Shown: positions 46,995 to 56,632, counted from the stretch's first letter. The stretch: DNA of 64,000 nucleotides from Reyranellaceae bacterium (GCA_050183765.1 JBFXAZ010000013.1:2265-66264), one strand, 5' to 3'. Numbers and translations: made by a program. The notes: generated from the sequence alone by a model not told the origin.

Positions 46995-47538
46995 CGACTT
47001 CGCCCTTGTAGACGCCCCACACGTGGCGGCGCTCGACCCAGCCGATATGACCGCCGGCCTGCACACGGCACCAGTCACCCGAGCATGACTTCACCTGGGC
47101 GATGACCTCCACGCCCATGCGGGCGACCTCGGCGGCCTTGGCCGACGGCGTCTTGCGCATCGGCGCATTGGCCGTGGTGACGATAACATAGCGCCTGCCG
47201 CTCAGCAGGCTCTGGTGCACCCAGCCGCCGGCGCCCTGCCAGTCGCGGATCTTCCGCCAGTTCTCGTACTCGCCGACGATCTCGATCGGCATGCCCTTGC
47301 GCTTGAAGACCCAGGTAATGGGGTAGCGCGTGGCCGGTCCGGTGCGCACGTTGGTCTCGTCCGCGCGGATCACGGCGAAGCGCGGCACCGGCAGCCCGGT
47401 GCCCTTGCGCAGCGGCGGCGGGTGGGCCCCGCCCGACGCGGCGACTGTCTGGGCAAAGGCGGGCGGGCCGGCGACCGCCAGCAGGCCGGCCAAGGCCACA
47501 GCCAACCCCGAGCGTCTCGTCCACGCGTCACGCCTCAT
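46987..47538 (-). CDS. Bacterial SH3-like domain protein (DUF1058-like), secreted
   Basis: Start at MRRDAWTRRSGLAVALAGLLAVAGPPAFAQ (47538). Two SH3-like repeats (VRTGPATRYPITWVFKRKGMPIEIV...WRKIRDWQGAGGWVHQSLL and ...GDWCRVQAGGHIGWVERRHVWG). Confidence 0.72.
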   Translation of the reverse strand: MRRDAWTRRSGLAVALAGLLAVAGPPAFAQTVAASGGAHPPPLRKGTGLPVPRFAVIRADETNVRTGPATRYPITWVFKRKGMPIEIVGEYENWRKIRDWQGAGGWVHQSLLSGRRYVIVTTANAPMRKTPSAKAAEVARMGVEVIAQVKSCSGDWCRVQAGGHIGWVERRHVWGVYKGEVVN

Positions 47539-47698
47539 TCGCAAGATATATCCCAACCCGCCCTGTCGATCCACCTGTCAAAGCCCCGATAAGCGGCGGA
47601 TTCGGCATGGTTTTTGCGGGTTGGTCGCGTTGGGGAAGCAAACTGGACAAGCCGCGCGGGGCTTTGCTATTGCCGCGTTTGGGGTCGCTGGAGCCATC

Positions 47699-48691
47699 AT
47701 GGCCGTATCGCCGAAGAAGCCGCTCGTCATTGTCACGCGCAAGCTGCCGGATGCCATCGAGACGCGCATGATGGAGCTGTTCGACACACGCCTGAACGCC
47801 GACGACAAGCCGATGACCCAGGCCCAGCTGATCGAGGCCGCCAAGGCCGCCGACGTGCTGGTGCCCACGGTGACCGACCGCATCGACGCGCGCGTGCTGT
47901 CGCAGGCCGGCCCGAAGCTGCGCCTGATCGCCTCTTTCGGGACCGGCGTCGACCACGTCGACCTCGACACCGCCCGTCAGCGCGGCATGGTGGTGACCAA
48001 CACGCCCGGCGTGCTGACCGAGGACACCGCCGACATGACCATGGCGCTGATCCTCGCCGTGGCGCGGCGCATCGGCGAGGGCGAGCGCCTGGTGCGCGCC
48101 GCCAAGTGGACGGGGTGGGCGCCGACCGCGATGCTGGGCGCGCGCATCTGGGGCAAGCGGTTGGGCGTCATCGGCATGGGCCGCATCGGCCAGGCCGTGG
48201 CGCGCCGCGCCCGCGGCTTCGGCATGGCGGTGCACTACCACAACCGCCGACGCCTGCACGCCGACATCGAGAAGCCGCTCGAGGCGACCTACTGGGAGAG
48301 CCTCGACCAGATGCTGGCGCGCATGGACATCGTCTCGATCAATTGCCCGCACACGCCGGCGACCTATCACCTGCTCTCGGCGCGGCGGCTGAAGCTGCTG
48401 CGGCCCAGCGCCATCCTGGTCAACACCGCGCGCGGCGAGGTGGTCGACGAGAATGCGCTGACCCGCATGCTGCGCGCCGGCGAGCTGGCCGGCGCCGGCC
48501 TCGACGTCTTCGAGCACGAGCCGGCGATCAACCCCAAGCTGGTCGAGCTCGACAAGGTCGTGCTGCTGCCGCACATGGGTTCGGCCACGCTCGAGGGCCG
48601 CATCGAGATGGGCGAGAAGGTCATCATCAACATCAAGACCTTCATCGACGGCCACCGCCCGCCCGACCGCGTGCTGGCGGCGATGTTCTGA
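47699..48691 (+). CDS. D-isomer-specific 2-hydroxyacid dehydrogenase (glyoxylate/hydroxypyruvate reductase-like)
   Basis: Start at MAVSPKKPLVIVTRKLP (ATG 47699). NAD-binding site GVIGMGRIGQAVARRA and catalytic region LVNTARG...DVFEHEP...LPHMGSAT. Confidence 0.9.
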   Translation: MAVSPKKPLVIVTRKLPDAIETRMMELFDTRLNADDKPMTQAQLIEAAKAADVLVPTVTDRIDARVLSQAGPKLRLIASFGTGVDHVDLDTARQRGMVVTNTPGVLTEDTADMTMALILAVARRIGEGERLVRAAKWTGWAPTAMLGARIWGKRLGVIGMGRIGQAVARRARGFGMAVHYHNRRRLHADIEKPLEATYWESLDQMLARMDIVSINCPHTPATYHLLSARRLKLLRPSAILVNTARGEVVDENALTRMLRAGELAGAGLDVFEHEPAINPKLVELDKVVLLPHMGSATLEGRIEMGEKVIINIKTFIDGHRPPDRVLAAMF

Positions 48692-48703
48692 AATGCGGCG
48701 CCG

Positions 48704-48988
48704 CTACGCCGCCTTCAGCCTCTCAAGCTCCGTCTCGAACTCGAACCGCAGCTGCGCGGCCTCGGGCTCGGGCAGCCAGTTCGTCATCTGCGGGAAGATC
48801 GTCTGGTAGAGTCGCAGCTGCCGCGCATCCCACGGCAGGGTTCGCGCCGAGCGCGCCTCGTTCAGGATGACCTGCAGGCGGGCGCGGACCTTCTCGGGAT
48901 CGGCCCGATACGCCCTGGGCGCGGCATCCTCGTCGAACAACTCGGGCTCATCGTTGCCGAACAGGTCCGGCTGATTGTCGCTGGCCAT
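48704..48988 (-). CDS. Small acidic hypothetical protein
   Basis: MASDNQPDLFGNDEPELFDEDAAPRAYRADPEKVRARLQVILNEARSA... has host-like high GC. The start is uncertain (GTG 49024 is the alternative). Confidence 0.45.
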   Translation of the reverse strand: MASDNQPDLFGNDEPELFDEDAAPRAYRADPEKVRARLQVILNEARSARTLPWDARQLRLYQTIFPQMTNWLPEPEAAQLRFEFETELERLKAA

Positions 48989-49087
48989 TGTCTGCCGATT
49001 GGACTCACTCAAGAGGGACACCAATATTGCGCTACGCGGCCGCTATACGCGAGGCCTTCCCACGGGAGCTTGTCCCCAGTCTGGGGA

Positions 49088-52000
49088 TCAGGCGACAGGC
49101 CCCGCGAGGTCGCCGGCCTGCTGTGTCTTGAGAACAAGGGCCAGCGCATCGGCGTCCAGCAGCGGGCCCGCGCATATCCGGTCGAGCAACACGGCCTGAG
49201 CGGGTTCCAGCGCGACGAGTCGGCCGAGAACGTGCAGCAGGTCGATCAGGTCGCTGGTATACTCGGCGAGCCAGCTCTCAGGTTGAACGCTGTCGAGCGG
49301 CGACGGCGGACGTCTGTCGCCAATGATGGGGCGGCTGCGGTCACGACGACGGTAGCTGAACCACTGGCGGATCACTTGCTTGCCGGAAACCTCGTATGCC
49401 CAGACCGCAGGTGAGACGTTCTCGACACTCCCCTTCCCAATGCGTAACCGCCGCGTAGCCGGATCGTAGTCGATCTCGTCCGGCAGGGGTTCCGGCGCCG
49501 AAGGGATGGCGCCGTCCTCAGGAACATAAGGGGCCTCCGCCTTTGGCAGACGCGGAGGCCTGCGCGGGCGGTTCGCCGCCGCGTCGACAAACCGTTCGCC
49601 GTAGCAGTGCAGCCAAACAACCTCGCGTCCCAGCGCGGCCGCTTCGTCAAACAACGCCGCATCGGCGGTGAGAGGCACGCGCAAACCCGGCTGCACGAGA
49701 TCGGCTTCAAAGCGTGAGGTGAAGGCAGGATGGGCGAGCGTCGCGGCAATGTAGGCCATCACGTCTTCGGCCGTGACCTCGCGGCCAAAAGCCTCCGCAA
49801 GATGTGTCACCAGCGCGAGCTTAATGTTGGGCGTCTTCGCCGCTCGATCATGCCACAGCGGATAAACTCGGCCACCTCGACCGTTGTAGTGGTGAAGATC
49901 AGTTATGGCGGCTGAAAGCGTCAGAGCTGGACCGCCACTGGGCGACCGATCTGAGGGGGCAGTTAGTAGTACCTGGCGTGGAGAAAGCATGCCCCAGAGC
50001 TTCGGGTTCGGCTGATTAATCAGGCGAGCATCCGGAATGATCCATTGGCGATCAAAAGAACGAAATCCGTAGTGGATGGCTTGTATTGAGCCTCCGTGGT
50101 CATCAACAACCGGAACGAGGCGTTCCTCGTGGCCCGGTAGACCATGAGCGATTGGCTTGCCCAAGTGCTTGTCACCCGGCTCACCATTGCGCAAATGCGG
50201 ATGAAATAGGATTGCTTTCTTGCTCGGGTTCGCCTCCGTGACTAATCGATGCCAACGACGTTCTAAAGAGGTTGCATCGGGTGAGATGATCCAAGTTCGA
50301 CCCGGCATCACACCCGAGCCGTTGTAAGCAAACATCTCTTCCAGCGGCAGCATCGACGCCCAAAGACCCTCCGCCTCGGGCAGAAACGGATCACGCCAGG
50401 CAGTTGGACAGTCATCCCAGTTGTCGTCGTCGAGCCTGATCGCCTCCATGGCCGCAAACTTTTCCTCGCGCCGTCCCTCGGGCAATCCACGGAACCGTAC
50501 ATGCGCCGGCTGGTCGGGGTTCTTGTTGAGTTTGCGAGCGGCCAATACGATGCAGACTGGCTGTTGCACCCCCTGGAAGATGCGCGTTGCAACCTCTGGC
50601 TGATGACCTTCGGGCGAGCAGTCGATCACCCAGATGTCGGAGCAGGTTCGACGCAGATCGTCTCGCATCCGTTGAAAGCCCCGCCCGTTAAGGAATCCTG
50701 CCACGGTGATGAAGCAGACGATGCCTTCCTCGTCCCGCTCCGGAAGGTTGGTCGACGCCTTCAGCCCCGATCCGAAGACCTTCCACGTCGCCCATCGCCA
50801 GAAATAGACATAGAGGTTCTTCAGGTGCTTGGCGTGCGCGCCTACACCCCAGGCGGGCGGTGGCTTCCACCGGTCCATCGGTGCCTCACGCCCCTTGCTG
50901 CCGGCCTCGATCCAGCCGCCCCGACCCTCCGCCTTTTCCTTGTATGGCGGATTGCCGATGACCACCGTGATCGGCTGACCGCGCTTGACGGCGTTCGCTT
51001 CCCGTCGCGACCTGGCCACCGGCTCCATCACCTGCGGCAGCCAATCCTCTTCGATGAAGGGATCACCCAGTGTGTCCGTGATGAACAGGCGCAGATCGGG
51101 CATGGTCGGGGATGGCTTGCCCGGTGTTCCCATCAAGATTTGCATCTCGGCGATCAGCCGCAGCTGGGCGACAGCGAAGGGGCCAAACTGCATCTCAAAG
51201 CCGAAGATACGCTGGGCAGCGGCAGCCTCGACCGCCGCACGCACAGCGCCAGGCCCCTGGTCCGCGGAGACGATGGAAGCGATACGGCGAAGGACGCCGA
51301 GCAGAAACGTGCCGGTTCCAACGGCGGGGTCGGCCACAAACACATCTGCTGACGCGAGCCCCGTCGCCCGCTCGAACAGCGGGCCGCGCAGCGCCTCGTC
51401 GACAAGCCCAACCATTGCCGTCACGACTTCGGGCGGCGTGTAGTACGAGCCCGTTCGCTTGCGGAGCGCGTTGTCGTAGACCTCGAGGAAGGCTTCGTAG
51501 AAGTACAGCCAGGCGTCGGGATTGTCCTTGCTGATTGTCGGCCAATCGACCGCGTTCAGCACGCGCGTCAGCGTGCCAAGTGACGTCCGAAGCGCGGTCC
51601 GGTTGGTCGCATCATCTGTGAGCAGCCGCAACGCCGTGGCAACCAGGGAGTTCGTAGCCCGCAGTTCCGTCGCGGCCGCCTCGATCCCGTGGTCGAGTGC
51701 GATGCCCCTTGCCCGGGCCACAAGCAGGCCGAACGTGACCGCCTGGGCATAGCCGTCGGCGAATTGGGCATCATCGGCCTGCGGAAAGAGAAGCTTGCGC
51801 CAGTCGTTGGCAAGCGCGTTGAGACTGGACCTACCGGACTCCATCTGCTCGATGACTTCGTCGCGTAGCAGTCGGCAGAGTCGCGCGCTGATTTCGGCGA
51901 GGGCCTTGGCATTGCGTGGCGGCAGCGGTTCCCAGCGTAGGAAGTCGCTCACCAGCGGCAGCAGTCCCGATGGTGCCGCAAGCGCATCTCCGGAGGTCGT

Positions 52001-52471
52001 CACGTCTCCGTCGAGATGCACCACGGCACCGACGATCTTGCCGTCGCGCCAGAGGCTGAACGAATTGCCGTCGGTGTAGAGCAGATTCGGCAGCGACTTG
52101 AGCTTGTTCCACTGCGCCTTGTCGTGGGGATCGGTAAAGCGGTTCGGATTGGCACCCTTGCCCGGCGCTTTCACTTCAACGAAGCCAATCAGCGCGCTGT
52201 GGGCTGTCACCGCGAAGTCGGGCCGCGTCTTGAGGTCGGCAAGGGTGATTTCGCCGACAAGTCGCACTGCCCCGGCCGCCATCCCCGAGAGCTGCGCGAG
52301 ATCTTGGATCAATGCGTCGAGCGGCGCCCTGAGCTGATCCTCTGGGGCGCCTTCGATCGCAATGCCGCTGAGCTTGGGCTTGATGGCCGCGCCATAGGCA
52401 GAGATGGCCACCGCGAGATCCTTGATTGGCAAATCCATCCTCTCGGGAGCCGGGCGACTTGGCTCCGCCAC
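49088..52471 (-). CDS. Fused restriction-modification enzyme, type IIG / type ISP-like (PD-(D/E)xK-like N-domain + N6-adenine methyltransferase + C-terminal specificity domain)
   Basis: 1127 aa. N-terminal RPDFAVTAHSALIGFVEVKAPGK (D...E-x-K). SAM motif I FVADPAVGTGTFLLG and motif IV VVIGNPPYKEK. The C-terminal VWAYEVSGKQVIRQWFSYRRRD resembles the type ISP/IIG C-terminal module. GC and codon third positions are visibly lower than in the flanks. Confidence 0.78.
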   Translation of the reverse strand: MAEPSRPAPERMDLPIKDLAVAISAYGAAIKPKLSGIAIEGAPEDQLRAPLDALIQDLAQLSGMAAGAVRLVGEITLADLKTRPDFAVTAHSALIGFVEVKAPGKGANPNRFTDPHDKAQWNKLKSLPNLLYTDGNSFSLWRDGKIVGAVVHLDGDVTTSGDALAAPSGLLPLVSDFLRWEPLPPRNAKALAEISARLCRLLRDEVIEQMESGRSSLNALANDWRKLLFPQADDAQFADGYAQAVTFGLLVARARGIALDHGIEAAATELRATNSLVATALRLLTDDATNRTALRTSLGTLTRVLNAVDWPTISKDNPDAWLYFYEAFLEVYDNALRKRTGSYYTPPEVVTAMVGLVDEALRGPLFERATGLASADVFVADPAVGTGTFLLGVLRRIASIVSADQGPGAVRAAVEAAAAQRIFGFEMQFGPFAVAQLRLIAEMQILMGTPGKPSPTMPDLRLFITDTLGDPFIEEDWLPQVMEPVARSRREANAVKRGQPITVVIGNPPYKEKAEGRGGWIEAGSKGREAPMDRWKPPPAWGVGAHAKHLKNLYVYFWRWATWKVFGSGLKASTNLPERDEEGIVCFITVAGFLNGRGFQRMRDDLRRTCSDIWVIDCSPEGHQPEVATRIFQGVQQPVCIVLAARKLNKNPDQPAHVRFRGLPEGRREEKFAAMEAIRLDDDNWDDCPTAWRDPFLPEAEGLWASMLPLEEMFAYNGSGVMPGRTWIISPDATSLERRWHRLVTEANPSKKAILFHPHLRNGEPGDKHLGKPIAHGLPGHEERLVPVVDDHGGSIQAIHYGFRSFDRQWIIPDARLINQPNPKLWGMLSPRQVLLTAPSDRSPSGGPALTLSAAITDLHHYNGRGGRVYPLWHDRAAKTPNIKLALVTHLAEAFGREVTAEDVMAYIAATLAHPAFTSRFEADLVQPGLRVPLTADAALFDEAAALGREVVWLHCYGERFVDAAANRPRRPPRLPKAEAPYVPEDGAIPSAPEPLPDEIDYDPATRRLRIGKGSVENVSPAVWAYEVSGKQVIRQWFSYRRRDRSRPIIGDRRPPSPLDSVQPESWLAEYTSDLIDLLHVLGRLVALEPAQAVLLDRICAGPLLDADALALVLKTQQAGDLAGPVA

Positions 52472-52531
52472 GCCAACGATACAACACAGCCTCGGCGCGA
52501 CGAAGGGGATGCGTGCACAACAGCAGCACCA

Positions 52532-53458
52532 TCATTCCACCGTGCCCGGCAACGACGTGCGCGACTCGAGCACGTCGCGCGTGGCGCGGCTGACCTGGGC
52601 GCCGAGCAGCACGATGATCGCGGTGTAGTAGATCCACACCATCACGGCGGCGACACCGCCGGCGGCGCCGAAGGCGCTGGCCATGTGGGTGACGCTGAAA
52701 TAGTAAACGATCGCCCAGTTGCCCAGCGCGAAGAGCGCGGCGACGATCGCTGCGCCGTACAGCGCGTAGCGCCAGGGCACGACGACGTCGGGCAGCGCCT
52801 TGTAGATCACGGTGAAGAACGCCGCGACGGCGCCGTACTGCAACGCGCTCGAGACGGCGGGACCGAGCCAGACGCCCAGCACCGGGAAGGCTTCGAGTGC
52901 GTCGGTATAGGCGCTGATCACCAGGCCGGCCAGCAGCACGACGAGGAACAGCACGCCGATCACCGTCATCATGGCCAGCGCCAGCAGGCGCGTGCGCAGC
53001 TCGGCGATCACGGGATGGCGGCGCCAGCCGCCGGCCGGCTTCCAGATGTGGTCCAGCGCGCTGTCGAGCTCGACGAAGACCGAGGAGCCGGAATAGAGCA
53101 GCAGCACCACGCCGACCGCCGCGACCCAGCCGCGGCCGCGGAACAGGCCGGTGTCGGCGAAGCGACGCAGGATGTCGAGATTGTCCGCGCCGATCACCGT
53201 CGCGATGGCATCGAGGATGTGCTGCTGCGCCATCAGCCGGCCGACCACCGGCTCGGCGATGGCGACGCTGAAGATCAGCACCGGGCCCAGCGAGAAGATC
53301 GTGTAGAAGGCGATCGCCGCGGCCATCGAGGTCAGGCGGTTGTCGACGAAGCCGCGATAGGTGGCGAGGAAGATGTCGAGCAACAGCCTGGGCAGGCGGT
53401 TCTCCACGAACCCTTTGCACACGGCGATGAAGATGTCCCGGATGCGCTGCCACAGCAT
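52532..53458 (-). CDS. YihY/BrkB-family inner membrane protein
   Basis: ...RLTSMAAAIAFYTIFSLGPVLIFSVAI... with six predicted TM helices, typical of the YihY (formerly 'RNase BN') family. Confidence 0.82.
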   Translation of the reverse strand: MLWQRIRDIFIAVCKGFVENRLPRLLLDIFLATYRGFVDNRLTSMAAAIAFYTIFSLGPVLIFSVAIAEPVVGRLMAQQHILDAIATVIGADNLDILRRFADTGLFRGRGWVAAVGVVLLLYSGSSVFVELDSALDHIWKPAGGWRRHPVIAELRTRLLALAMMTVIGVLFLVVLLAGLVISAYTDALEAFPVLGVWLGPAVSSALQYGAVAAFFTVIYKALPDVVVPWRYALYGAAIVAALFALGNWAIVYYFSVTHMASAFGAAGGVAAVMVWIYYTAIIVLLGAQVSRATRDVLESRTSLPGTVE

Positions 53459-53470
53459 GACGCGAGCCTA

Positions 53471-54910
53471 TCACGCCGCCATCGAGTCGATGCGCGGCAG
53501 GTGGGCGATCGCGTTGGCGTAGTGGGCCAGCAACGGCCTCTCCGCCGCGACCGCGGCGTAGAGCCCGTCCTCGCTGACGGCGGCCAGCCGACGCAGGGTC
53601 AGCATGCGCAAGCCCACAAGGATGGCATAGTCGCGATCGCCGCGCGGCAGGTAGATCTTGGCGCCGGCGGCGCCCAGGTCATCCAGCAGAACGGCGCAAC
53701 GGCCCTTCAGTTCCAGCTCGTCGATCGGCTCCTCGGCCTCGAGCAGCACGCTCGACACCAGTGACACCGGCAGCACCGGCACGACCTTGCCGATACCCAC
53801 CATGATGTCGTCGGCCAGGGCGCCGACCGCTTCGAAGCGGCGCTCCTTGTCGAGCTTGCGCAGATCGCCGCCGAAACGATCCGCCGTGCGCGCCAACCAG
53901 TCGCGCGCGGAGATCGGCGCGCCGAAATTCACGCAGGCATAGCCGAAGCTGTACCAACGCCCACGCAGCATCTGGCCGATGTTGCGCACGGCGAAGCGCA
54001 AGGTGGTCTTGATGGCGAAGCCGGCGCCGCGCCGCGGCGCATCGGCGTCGCCGGCGCGCAATTGCGTGCGGTCCTCCAGCACGCGGTCGTAGTTGATGCC
54101 GACGGGCACGAAGACGATGTCGCGCGGGCCCTGCGGGTCGAACGACTTGAGCGCATAGTCCACGAGCCCCAGACGCGGCGGCCTGAGCTTGCCATCTCGT
54201 GACAGGCCGCCTTCGGGATACATGGCCTGCGCCACGCCGGCCTCGGTCGCCATGTGCACGTAGCGCTCCAGCACGCGGCGATAGAGCGGGTTGTTGGAGT
54301 TGCGGCGCACGAAATAGGCGCCCATCGAGCGGATCAGCTGCTGCAGCGGCCAGATGCGCGCCCATTCGCCCACGGCGTAGGAAAGCGCCGTGCGCTCGGC
54401 GGCGAGGAAGGCCACCAGCACGTAGTCCATGTTGCTGCGGTGGTTCATGACGAAGACGATGGTGGCGTCGGGCGGCACCTGCGCATGGGCGATGTCGTCG
54501 ACATAGCCCAGCCGCACGCGATAGAGCGCGCGTGCGAAGGCGCGGGCCAGCGCGTAGCCGACGCGGAAATAGATGTAGGCGTTGAAGGCCGGCACGATCT
54601 CGCGGGCGTAGCCGTAGGCCTCGGCCATCGCCGCCTCGCGCGGAATGTTCTCGACCTTGGCCTTCTCGTTGGCGGCAGCGACCACCTGCGGATCGTAGAC
54701 CAGGCGATCGACCAGCACCTGGCGGCGGGTGAGCTGGAACGGCTTGATCTCGATGCGCAGCCGGCGGTTGACGCTGTCGATCAGCCGGTTGACGCGGCGG
54801 CGCAGGATCCAGCGGCCCGAGGGGATCAGCAGGCGGTCGAGCAGCGACCAGGCCGCGAAGACGGCGATCGCCGCGAACAGCCACAGCGGCACCGTCACCG
54901 GTTCGGTCAT
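53471..54910 (-). CDS. Glycerolipid acyltransferase (PlsC/PlsB-like, HX4D motif)
   Basis: Start probably MTEPVTVPLWLFAAIAVFAAWSLL (54910). Acyltransferase block I is VMNHRSNMDYVLV, followed by FVRRNS and YPEGGLSRDG blocks. Confidence 0.78.
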   Translation of the reverse strand: MTEPVTVPLWLFAAIAVFAAWSLLDRLLIPSGRWILRRRVNRLIDSVNRRLRIEIKPFQLTRRQVLVDRLVYDPQVVAAANEKAKVENIPREAAMAEAYGYAREIVPAFNAYIYFRVGYALARAFARALYRVRLGYVDDIAHAQVPPDATIVFVMNHRSNMDYVLVAFLAAERTALSYAVGEWARIWPLQQLIRSMGAYFVRRNSNNPLYRRVLERYVHMATEAGVAQAMYPEGGLSRDGKLRPPRLGLVDYALKSFDPQGPRDIVFVPVGINYDRVLEDRTQLRAGDADAPRRGAGFAIKTTLRFAVRNIGQMLRGRWYSFGYACVNFGAPISARDWLARTADRFGGDLRKLDKERRFEAVGALADDIMVGIGKVVPVLPVSLVSSVLLEAEEPIDELELKGRCAVLLDDLGAAGAKIYLPRGDRDYAILVGLRMLTLRRLAAVSEDGLYAAVAAERPLLAHYANAIAHLPRIDSMAA

Positions 54911-54943
54911 CCCCGCGTCACCCTCCGATTTTCCCAACCGTAG

Positions 54944-55077
54944 CTACCTTGCCCCGGAGGGGGAAGGTGCCGAAGGCGGATGGGGGATATCGAAGGCGGA
55001 CGCCGAACGCGTTGAGACATCCCCCATCCGTCACGCCGCTATGCGGCGCGCCACCTTCCCCCTCCGGGGGAAGGTAG
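54944..55077. repeat. Nested palindromic intergenic element (REP/MITE-like)
   Basis: Terminal 26-nt inverted repeats CTACCTTGCCCCGGAGGGGGAAGGTG (54944-54969) and CACCTTCCCCCTCCGGGGGAAGGTAG (55052-55077) differ by one mismatch, and each arm is itself a 10-bp hairpin. There is also an inner inverted repeat GGATGGGGGAT / ATCCCCCATCC and a duplicated CGAAGGCGGA. Confidence 0.7.
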
Positions 55078-55106
55078 ATACGGTCGCGACCCCAAGGGAG
55101 GAGCGG

Positions 55107-56240
55107 ATGGCCTATATCGCCGGTGTCGGCACCACGCGCTTCGGCCAGCATCCCGGCAGCACGACGCCGGGCCTGATGGCCGAGGCCGCGCGCCTGGCGC
55201 TGGAGGATGCCGGCCTGGCCCGGCGCGACATCGACGGCGTGCTGTGCGGCTACGCCACCACCATGCCGCACATCATGCTGGCCACGGTCTTCGCCGAGCA
55301 TTTCGGGCTGAAGCCCGCCTACGCCCACGCCATGCAGGCCGGCGGCGCCACCGGCGTGGCGATGGCCATGCTGGCCTCGATCCTCGTCGATTCGGGCCGC
55401 TGCAGGACGGTGTTGATCGTCGGCGCCGAGAACCGCGCCAGCGGCCAGACCCGCGACCAGTCGATCCAGACCCTGGCCCAGGCCGGACACCCCGACTACG
55501 AGGTGCCTTATGGCGCCACCATCCCGGCCTATTACGGCCTGCTGGCGGCGCGCTACATGCACCAGTTCGGCCTGACCCAGGAGGACCTTGCATCGCTGGC
55601 GGTGGTCATGCGCCGCCAGGCATCGCGCCATCCCGAGGCGCATCTGCGCGAGCCTTTCACGCTCGAGCAGGCGATGGCGTCCAAGCCGATCGCGCTGCCG
55701 CTGCACCTGCTGGATTGCTGCCCGATCTCCGATGGCGGCGTCGCCATGGTGATCGCGCGCGATCCGACCAGTGCGGCGCGCGTGAGGGTGCGCGGCGCAG
55801 GCCAGGCGCACCTGCACCAGCACATCTCGATGGCCCGCGACTGGGCCGACATGGGTGCGAAGCGTGCCGCCGACCTGGCCTTCGCCGAGGCACGCATGGG
55901 GCTGACGGACATCCAGCACCTCGCGGTCTACGATTCCTTCACCATCACGCTGGTCATGCTCCTGGAGGAAATCGGCTTCGTCGCGCGCGGCCGGTCGGGC
56001 GAAGCGGCGCGGGCGGGGCGCTTCGAGATCGGCGGCGACCTGCCGCTGAACCTGCATGGTGGGCTGTTGTCCTTCGGGCATTGCGGCGTTGGCGGCGGCA
56101 TGGCGCATCTCGCCGAGGCGCAGCGCCAGCTCAGCGGCCGTGCCGGCGATCGGCAGGCGGGCTCGCCCGCCACCGCCTACGTGCACGGCGACGGCGGCGT
56201 GATGTCCTCGCATGTCGCGATGATCCTGGAACGGGTGTGA
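55107..56240 (+). CDS. Thiolase-like protein (SCP-x / non-specific lipid-transfer thiolase type)
   Basis: Start at MAYIAGVGTTRFGQHPG (ATG 55107, after GGGAGGAG). Thiolase fold segments (LLDCCPISDGGVAMVI, GGLLSFGHCGVGGG). It pairs with a downstream DUF35 OB-fold gene. Confidence 0.83.
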   Translation: MAYIAGVGTTRFGQHPGSTTPGLMAEAARLALEDAGLARRDIDGVLCGYATTMPHIMLATVFAEHFGLKPAYAHAMQAGGATGVAMAMLASILVDSGRCRTVLIVGAENRASGQTRDQSIQTLAQAGHPDYEVPYGATIPAYYGLLAARYMHQFGLTQEDLASLAVVMRRQASRHPEAHLREPFTLEQAMASKPIALPLHLLDCCPISDGGVAMVIARDPTSAARVRVRGAGQAHLHQHISMARDWADMGAKRAADLAFAEARMGLTDIQHLAVYDSFTITLVMLLEEIGFVARGRSGEAARAGRFEIGGDLPLNLHGGLLSFGHCGVGGGMAHLAEAQRQLSGRAGDRQAGSPATAYVHGDGGVMSSHVAMILERV

Positions 56241-56242
56241 GC

Positions 56243-56632
56243 ATGAGCTTCAGCGCCAATCCCCAGGCCCAGGCTTTCTGGCAACAGGTGCAGGAGGGCC
56301 GCATCGTCTATGCGCGCTGCTGCGCCGATCATTGCGGCGCGCCGCAATTCCCGCCCAAGCCGCGATGCGATGTCTGCGACGGCGAGCGCATGGAGATGCG
56401 GGAGGCCAACGGCACCGGCACCATCTTCTCGATCACCGTGGTGCACCGCCCGCCATCCGACGCGCTGCGACAGCACGCGCCCTATGGCATCGCGCTGATC
56501 GATCTCGACGAGGGCTTCCGCATGATGGCGCATGCCGATCCCGGCCTGGCGATCGGCGCCCGCGTGCGCGCCAGCTTCGTCGCCTTCGGCGATCGAATCG
56601 TGCCGCGCTTCGCCGCCGATCAGAAGCCGTAG
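56243..56632 (+). CDS. Zn-ribbon / OB-fold protein (DUF35 family)
   Basis: Rubredoxin-like CxxC...CxxC (ARCCADHCGAPQFPPKPRCDVCDG) followed by an OB-fold. This is the usual partner of SCP-x-type thiolases. Confidence 0.83.
   Translation: MSFSANPQAQAFWQQVQEGRIVYARCCADHCGAPQFPPKPRCDVCDGERMEMREANGTGTIFSITVVHRPPSDALRQHAPYGIALIDLDEGFRMMAHADPGLAIGARVRASFVAFGDRIVPRFAADQKP

Noticed and set aside
49088-52471. The large methyltransferase considered as part of a BREX, DISARM or type I R-M system.
   Set aside because: No PglZ, BrxC, BrxL, helicase, HsdS or HsdR genes flank it. The neighbours are a small conserved acidic protein and yihY. The nuclease-like head, the methyltransferase and the specificity region are all in one polypeptide.
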